Shown piece after piece: positions 58,722 through 64,000 of a DNA stretch of 64,000 nucleotides; the stretch's first letter is position 1; every line of letters starts with the position of its first letter. The DNA comes from an uncultured virus (IMG/VR IMGVR_UViG_3300021431_000013) (lineage: Duplodnaviria > Heunggongvirae > Uroviricota > Caudoviricetes), in the IMG/VR virus record IMGVR_UViG_3300021431_000013; one strand, given 5' to 3'. The notes beneath the pieces were generated by a model. It was not told where the DNA came from, ran no database searches, and saw only the letters and a list, made by a program, of their open reading frames with translations. Both the position numbers and the translations under genes were made by a program.

Positions 58722-58984
58722 TGGCTGTAAAGAGACATCGTGGTGGGAAATATTCAAACGTTACTTTTGCTAATGGTGATTTTGGTAGAAATGACGCTGG
58801 TACTGCTAGAGAAGCAAGACCTAATACTGCTGGTCAAGCTAGGGAAATGGGTCGTGGTGATGGAACGTACACGTTCTATAGTAGGTCACGTGGTTATTTA
58901 ACAGTACATGCTGATTCATTTGAAGAAGCATGGAGGCAAGCACGATTACTTGGTTACAGTAAGCGTAACTATAGGAAGAGGTAA
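58721..58984 (+). CDS. Small Arg/Gly-rich basic protein
   Basis: Coupled start; Arg-rich composition. Confidence 0.6.
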   Translation: MAVKRHRGGKYSNVTFANGDFGRNDAGTAREARPNTAGQAREMGRGDGTYTFYSRSRGYLTVHADSFEEAWRQARLLGYSKRNYRKR

Positions 58985-58986
58985 CT

Positions 58987-60768
58987 ATGACATTAGTAGG
59001 AAATGTTTTAACAAGACTAAAGGAGTTATTACGTACAATGATTGGAAGTAAAACCATTGAACAGGCGTTAAACGTCAACTATGTTATTTCTCCAGAAATG
59101 GAAAAAGCGATTCAGCTATGGACAAATCTTTATAAGGGTAAACCTGAGTGGGTACACGAACCGACACAGGATGACCCAACCAGAGTTGTCAGTTTAGGTA
59201 TTCCAGCTATGATTGCAAGTGAAAAAGCAAGAATGGCATTACTTGAGTTTGAATCTAAAATCACTGCTCCGATAGAAGAAGTCGAAGTAGATAATCCTAA
59301 TTATACAGGACCGGATACTGATGATTTAGGAAATTTAATTCCTTCTGCTGAACCAAAAGTTATTACTGAGACAAGAATTATTGGAAATCCAGAAAGAGCA
59401 GATTACTTAGATAAGCAATACGTAAAACTGAAAAAGCAATTAAGAAAGCAGATTGAATATGGTATTGCTAAAGGCGGTCTTGTTATTAAGCCATATGTTG
59501 TTGTTAATGGAACAAAAACAACAGACGGCATCAATTCTGATATTACACCCACAATAGATATTGAATTTGATTTCGTTCAAGCAGATTCATTTTACCCGCT
59601 TGCATTTGATGCTTCTGGTAAGATTACTGAAGCCGCATTTATTCAGACCAAAACAGAGAAGGAATATATTTATCGAAGACTTGAATATCATAAGTGGGAG
59701 AATAATGTTGTTACTGTTTTAAATAAAGCATATAAGAGCAAAAATCTAGTTGGCAACACGGTCAATGATTCTCAACTTGGTGATGAGATTCCATTAACAG
59801 ATGTACCAGAATGGAAAGATTTGCAGGAGCGAACAATTATTAAGAATGTTACCCAACCGTTATTTGCATACTTTAAAATGCCAGATGCAAATACGATTGA
59901 TACAACAAGTCCGCTCGGTGTATCTGGTTTTAGCCGTGCTGTATCGTTAATCAAAGATGCTGATTTACAGTATTCAAGATTACTTTGGGAATATGAAGCT
60001 GGCGAAATGGCTATTGATATTGATAGGGACGCACTTAGAGAGGTTGATTTACCTAACGGACACACTCAGACTATACCAAATCATCTGCAAGCACGATTAT
60101 TCAGAAAAGTGGACTTAGGTTCTGCATCTGATACATATCAGCCGTTCGCACCGTCATTACGTGACCATAATTATATAGATGGTCTTAATACTATTCTTAT
60201 GAGAATCGAAGATGTATGCGGCATAAGTAGAGGCGCACTTTCAGATAGTGCTGAAGTTGCCAGAACTGCTACTGAATTAAAGATTCTTAAACAGCGAAGC
60301 TATCAGTCCAATGCAGAAATACAGAGTGCTATTGAAGACGCCCTTAGAACCGTTGTTTATATAATGAACGTTTATTCTACATTATATCAGATAACACCTG
60401 AGGGTGAATACGAGATAAACTTTGAGTGGGATGATAGTATTATTGTAGATATAGACGAAGAAACAAATAAGCGTGTAATTCTGTTAGATAAGGGTATCAC
60501 TAGTGTTGTTGAAACTCGTATGTGGTATTTCGGAGAAACAGAGCAACAGGCTAGAGAGGCACTTCAGAAAGTACGTGAGGAAAGACTTGAGAATTTACAA
60601 AATGAACTGCTGATGGAATCCACGTATTTTAATAATAAGCGTGACGGCGAAGAAGGCGAAGGGGAAAACGGCGAGAATAATAATCAGAACTTCAATAATA
60701 AAAATAAGATGTCAAATAATAAAAATCCAGACAATAATAAGTCTGCAAATAAGGCACCTACCAATTAA
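58987..60768 (+). CDS. Portal protein (SPP1 gp6/A118-like)
   Basis: SPLGVS, TATE, FEWDDSII; position after terL. Confidence 0.9.
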   Translation: MTLVGNVLTRLKELLRTMIGSKTIEQALNVNYVISPEMEKAIQLWTNLYKGKPEWVHEPTQDDPTRVVSLGIPAMIASEKARMALLEFESKITAPIEEVEVDNPNYTGPDTDDLGNLIPSAEPKVITETRIIGNPERADYLDKQYVKLKKQLRKQIEYGIAKGGLVIKPYVVVNGTKTTDGINSDITPTIDIEFDFVQADSFYPLAFDASGKITEAAFIQTKTEKEYIYRRLEYHKWENNVVTVLNKAYKSKNLVGNTVNDSQLGDEIPLTDVPEWKDLQERTIIKNVTQPLFAYFKMPDANTIDTTSPLGVSGFSRAVSLIKDADLQYSRLLWEYEAGEMAIDIDRDALREVDLPNGHTQTIPNHLQARLFRKVDLGSASDTYQPFAPSLRDHNYIDGLNTILMRIEDVCGISRGALSDSAEVARTATELKILKQRSYQSNAEIQSAIEDALRTVVYIMNVYSTLYQITPEGEYEINFEWDDSIIVDIDEETNKRVILLDKGITSVVETRMWYFGETEQQAREALQKVREERLENLQNELLMESTYFNNKRDGEEGEGENGENNNQNFNNKNKMSNNKNPDNNKSANKAPTN

Positions 60769-60782
60769 AAATTAACAAACTA

Positions 60783-60890
60783 TTTACAAATGTGGTAAAA
60801 TGTATTATAATTTAATTGAAAGTGTAATCACTTTCGGTGGTTCATTTTTATTTTCTCCTCGACCGGGGTATAAGTATTCGCTTATACCCC
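60783..60890 (+). promoter_or_regulatory. Promoter and structured leader of the scaffold/capsid operon
   Basis: TTTACA-17-TATAAT; hairpins AATCAC-TTTCG-GTGGTT and GGGGTATAAG-TATTCG-CTTATACCCC. Confidence 0.6.
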
Positions 60891-61004
60891 TATCGTAGAG
60901 GACAGTCCAGCGTAATGACATATAAAGAACGCACATTCTAACCGCAGACCGTAATGCGGATATAGAAGTAACGGATATAAAAGAATGTAAAGGAGAAATG
61001 TAAC

Positions 61005-61643
61005 ATGACAGTGAAGGAACTTTTTGACAAGGCCGAAAATAATACTCTTACTTGGGAGCAGTTTCAAGCGGCTATGGGTAATGCTAAATTCGTTGATTTG
61101 AATGAGGGCGGTTATGTATCTAAACAAAAACATGATGATGAACTTAGTCATCGAGACGCTACGATACAACAATTAAAGGATACTATCGCAACCAGAGATA
61201 ACGATTTAAAAGCATTGCAGACAACGTTAAAAGATGCTGGCGATATTGAAGAACTCAAGAAGGCATCTAAAGATTTATCTGATTTACAGAAAAAGTATGA
61301 CAAAGAAACAAAGGCATATGCGGCTCAGTTATCACAGCAGGCATATGAATTTGCAGTCAAAGATTTTGCTAACAGTAAAGAGTTTACAAGTAAGGCTGCA
61401 AAAAGAGACTTTATACAGTCTATGATTGCAAAGAAACTCCAGTTTGAAGATGGTAGAATTATCGGGGCAGAAGACTTTGTACAAATGTACTCACAAGATA
61501 ATGGTGATGCGTTTAAAGTAGCTGAAGACCCGAAACCCCAGTTTACACAGGGGACACAGAAACAAAAGTCTGAAACGAAACTTACTTTATCTGAAATGAT
61601 GAAGATGAAGAACGAAAATCCAGACGCAACTATTGATTTTTAA
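61005..61643 (+). CDS. Capsid scaffolding protein
   Basis: GGYVSK.K, coiled coil, C-terminal LSEMMKMKNENP; directly upstream of the major capsid gene. Confidence 0.82.
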   Translation: MTVKELFDKAENNTLTWEQFQAAMGNAKFVDLNEGGYVSKQKHDDELSHRDATIQQLKDTIATRDNDLKALQTTLKDAGDIEELKKASKDLSDLQKKYDKETKAYAAQLSQQAYEFAVKDFANSKEFTSKAAKRDFIQSMIAKKLQFEDGRIIGAEDFVQMYSQDNGDAFKVAEDPKPQFTQGTQKQKSETKLTLSEMMKMKNENPDATIDF

Positions 61644-61658
61644 TAGGAGGTATAAAAC

Positions 61659-62873
61659 ATGCCGATGCCGCAATTTGATAGTAAAATTTTTAACGGCGAA
61701 GTGTTTCAGAGATACGTAGATAGAGTACCGAATCTGAAACTTAACGAGTTACTTAGGTCCAGAGCAGTTGTTGCTAGACAGGACCTCGCAGGTGCAATGG
61801 CAGACCAGGTTGGTGGTAACTATCTTACTACTCCGCTGAAAGGTCTTATTAGTGGTTCTGTTCCGCTCAACTATGATGGCGTAACTGATATTACTTCCCA
61901 GACCACTCAGACTTTCAGCCACTCTCGTGTTGTTGTTGGTCGTGCCCAAGCATGGACTGAGAAGGATTTCTCTTATGACATCACTGGTGGTGTTGATTTC
62001 ATGGAGAATGTAGCACAGCAGGTTGCTGAATACTGGGATGAAATTGACCAGGCTACTATTGTAGCAATTCTGAATGGCGTATTTGGTATGACTGATACCG
62101 AAGGTGCTAGATTCGTTTCTGAGCATACTCACGATATTTCCACAGTTCAGAATAGTGAAGGCAAGACTGGTTTTATGGATGCAACTTCTCTGAATACGGC
62201 TATTCAGAAAGCAAGTGGTGACCATAAGAACAAATTTACTCTTGCAATTATGCACTCCGCAGTTGCTACTAATCTTGAGAATATGAAGATTCTTGTATAT
62301 CTCAAGTATAACGATGCAAACGGTATGGAACGTGAAACTGGCATGGCTACTCTGAACGGTAGACTTGTTATGATTGACGATAGTATGCCGGTTCTGGAAG
62401 ACCAGAGTACAGCTACTTTTTCTAAAACTTCTGATACTACTGTACAGCCGGGTAAGACTTATTACACTCGTACTGGTACATCTGGTAATTATCAGTATCA
62501 TGTTGTAGTTAATCCTGTAGATGATAGCATTAACGGCTACTATGAAAAGACCGGTAACGGCGACCCGCTGTATGTAACTTATCTTTTCGGAGACGGCGCT
62601 CTTGAATATACTAACTGTGGTGCAAAGGTTCCGGCAGAAATGAGCCGTGACCCGAAGACTAACGGTGGTCAGGATACGCTTTACAACAGACAGAGAAAAT
62701 GTTGGGCACCTTATGGTATTTCCTTTACTAAAGCCCACATGTCTACTCTGTCTCCGACAGATGCAGAACTGTCTGATGGCGATAACTGGGAACTTGTAAA
62801 TACTGGTGGTACAAACAAGAAGTATATCAACATCAAAGCTATTCCGATTGCGAGAATTATCTCTAAGGGCTAA
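61659..62873 (+). CDS. Major capsid protein
   Basis: FDSKIFNGEVF, IMHSAVA, IDDSMP, IPIARI; highly biased codons. Confidence 0.9.
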   Translation: MPMPQFDSKIFNGEVFQRYVDRVPNLKLNELLRSRAVVARQDLAGAMADQVGGNYLTTPLKGLISGSVPLNYDGVTDITSQTTQTFSHSRVVVGRAQAWTEKDFSYDITGGVDFMENVAQQVAEYWDEIDQATIVAILNGVFGMTDTEGARFVSEHTHDISTVQNSEGKTGFMDATSLNTAIQKASGDHKNKFTLAIMHSAVATNLENMKILVYLKYNDANGMERETGMATLNGRLVMIDDSMPVLEDQSTATFSKTSDTTVQPGKTYYTRTGTSGNYQYHVVVNPVDDSINGYYEKTGNGDPLYVTYLFGDGALEYTNCGAKVPAEMSRDPKTNGGQDTLYNRQRKCWAPYGISFTKAHMSTLSPTDAELSDGDNWELVNTGGTNKKYINIKAIPIARIISKG

Positions 62874-62904
62874 TATTGTATAATTTGAAAGGCGGTGACG
62901 TTTA

Positions 62905-63327
62905 GTGTATCTTGAATATAATGACTATCAACAGATGGGTGGTACATTAGATGAAACCGCCTTTAACGAATTAGAGTTTGAAGCCCGTGCAATAATAGAT
63001 TATTGGACATTTAATCGACTGAAAAATGAAACTGAGTTTCCAGAAGCAGTCGGACGATGTGTATATAAGTTGATACAGCTAATTAATAATAAAAATATCG
63101 CGGAAATTCCATTCATAGATACTGGGTATACATCTACAACAACAAATCCCGGCATTGTTAGCGAAAGCAATGACGGAGTATCAACAACATATAATACATT
63201 GTCAGCACAAGAATCTGTCGATACTATGAAAAAGGAAATGGAAAATGTTGTAAAGATGTATTTAAGTGGTGTGAAAAATTCTTTAGGTCATAGATTATTA
63301 TATAGAGGTATATATCCAAATGAATAA
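62905..63327 (+). CDS. Head-tail connector/adaptor protein
   Basis: YL.Y..Y..MGG...A...ID..TFNR, SESNDGVS..Y, LLYRG. Confidence 0.8.
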   Translation: MYLEYNDYQQMGGTLDETAFNELEFEARAIIDYWTFNRLKNETEFPEAVGRCVYKLIQLINNKNIAEIPFIDTGYTSTTTNPGIVSESNDGVSTTYNTLSAQESVDTMKKEMENVVKMYLSGVKNSLGHRLLYRGIYPNE

Positions 63328-63766
63328 TTATCCTAGATGGTGGAACACTACAATTACAATTTACAACAGATTCGAAGACCCGATAACGAATGTCGTTACA
63401 TGGTATAGACATGTAGTTTCTAATTGCTTTTGGCAATATAGTGGAAATAAAATTACTATTGATAAAACAGTACTTGACACTAATAATATTATTTGCCGAA
63501 TACCAATAAGTGAAGAATATTTATCGAAGCATTTATGGCAACAAAAACCAAATGACCAGATGAGCAATTATTTTACATTGGGACAGGGGGATATAATTGT
63601 TAGGGACGAGGTTACGGATGAAATCAATGAGTATCAATCGAACAAACGTTCTACTGATTTATTAAAGAAGTATAAAGCACTTCAAGGTTGTATGCAGATA
63701 GAAGAATTTTCTGACAACACGGGCGGAGGACGAGGTAATGAGCATTATTACGTAAGGGGTGTGTAG
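63320..63766 (+). CDS. Head completion/stopper-like protein
   Basis: TITIYNR, FTL..GDIIV, C-terminal HYYVRG; position. Confidence 0.65.
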   Translation: MNNYPRWWNTTITIYNRFEDPITNVVTWYRHVVSNCFWQYSGNKITIDKTVLDTNNIICRIPISEEYLSKHLWQQKPNDQMSNYFTLGQGDIIVRDEVTDEINEYQSNKRSTDLLKKYKALQGCMQIEEFSDNTGGGRGNEHYYVRGV

Positions 63767-63767
63767 T

Positions 63768-64000
63768 GTGGCAAATACTGGTCATATACGATTAAGTAAT
63801 CCGCTAGACGGCACTAAATTACAGCGTAGATTATTAAAACTTTTAAATGATAAGGAAGTTAATCGTGAAGTTCATAGACTTCTCGGTGAACGTTGTAATA
63901 TATATGTGCCGAAGAAATCTGGTGCATTACGACAGTCTATGAAAGCATATCCTCAATCAGTAAGATGGGAAACACCTTATGCTCATTATCAGTATGAAGG
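63768..64000 (+). CDS. Minor capsid/neck protein (truncated by window edge)
   Basis: YVPKKSGALRQS...TPYAHYQYEG. Confidence 0.7.
   Translation, partial: MANTGHIRLSNPLDGTKLQRRLLKLLNDKEVNREVHRLLGERCNIYVPKKSGALRQSMKAYPQSVRWETPYAHYQYE

Noticed and set aside
61749..62738. 329-aa minus-strand ORF
   Set aside because: Antisense shadow of the codon-biased major capsid gene; no RBS or recognisable motifs.
1..64000. Lysogeny module or diversity-generating retroelement
   Set aside because: No integrase, CI-like repressor, reverse transcriptase or TR/VR pair was recognised in this window; they could lie outside it.

Overview
This window is about 64 kb of a tailed dsDNA phage genome, most likely infecting a Firmicutes/Clostridia host. 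The host call is inferred from sigma-A TTGACA/TATAAT promoters, AGGAGG-type RBSs, a GH25 lysin and a SpoIIID-like gene. All supported genes are on the + strand except one (51880-52398). Order: (1) end of the tail/receptor-binding module (1-4.3 kb). (2) An uncharacterised cassette of Gly/Cys/Gln/Tyr-rich proteins behind a GerE/sigma-region-4-like HTH (4.7-9 kb). (3) Replication, recombination and nucleotide genes (9-45 kb): SNF2 helicase, initiator with iterons, DnaC, DnaB, primase, SSB, PolA-family polymerase, a 7-deazaguanine cluster (TGT/DpdA-like, QueC, QueF-like, YhhQ), beta clamp, Cas4-like nuclease, RecU, MazG, ThyX-like, RecA, five tRNAs plus an unusual tRNA-like RNA, and a clamp loader whose dnaX is split by a GIY-YIG endonuclease. 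(4) Small promoter-terminator units of probable early genes (45.6-51.2 kb). (5) A roughly 2 kb mostly non-coding zone with palindromic repeats, CodY-box-like sites and the single reverse gene. (6) TerS, lysis genes, TerL, portal, scaffold, major capsid and head-completion genes. No integrase, repressor or CRISPR array was seen. All family assignments come from motif recognition by eye; no database search was run.
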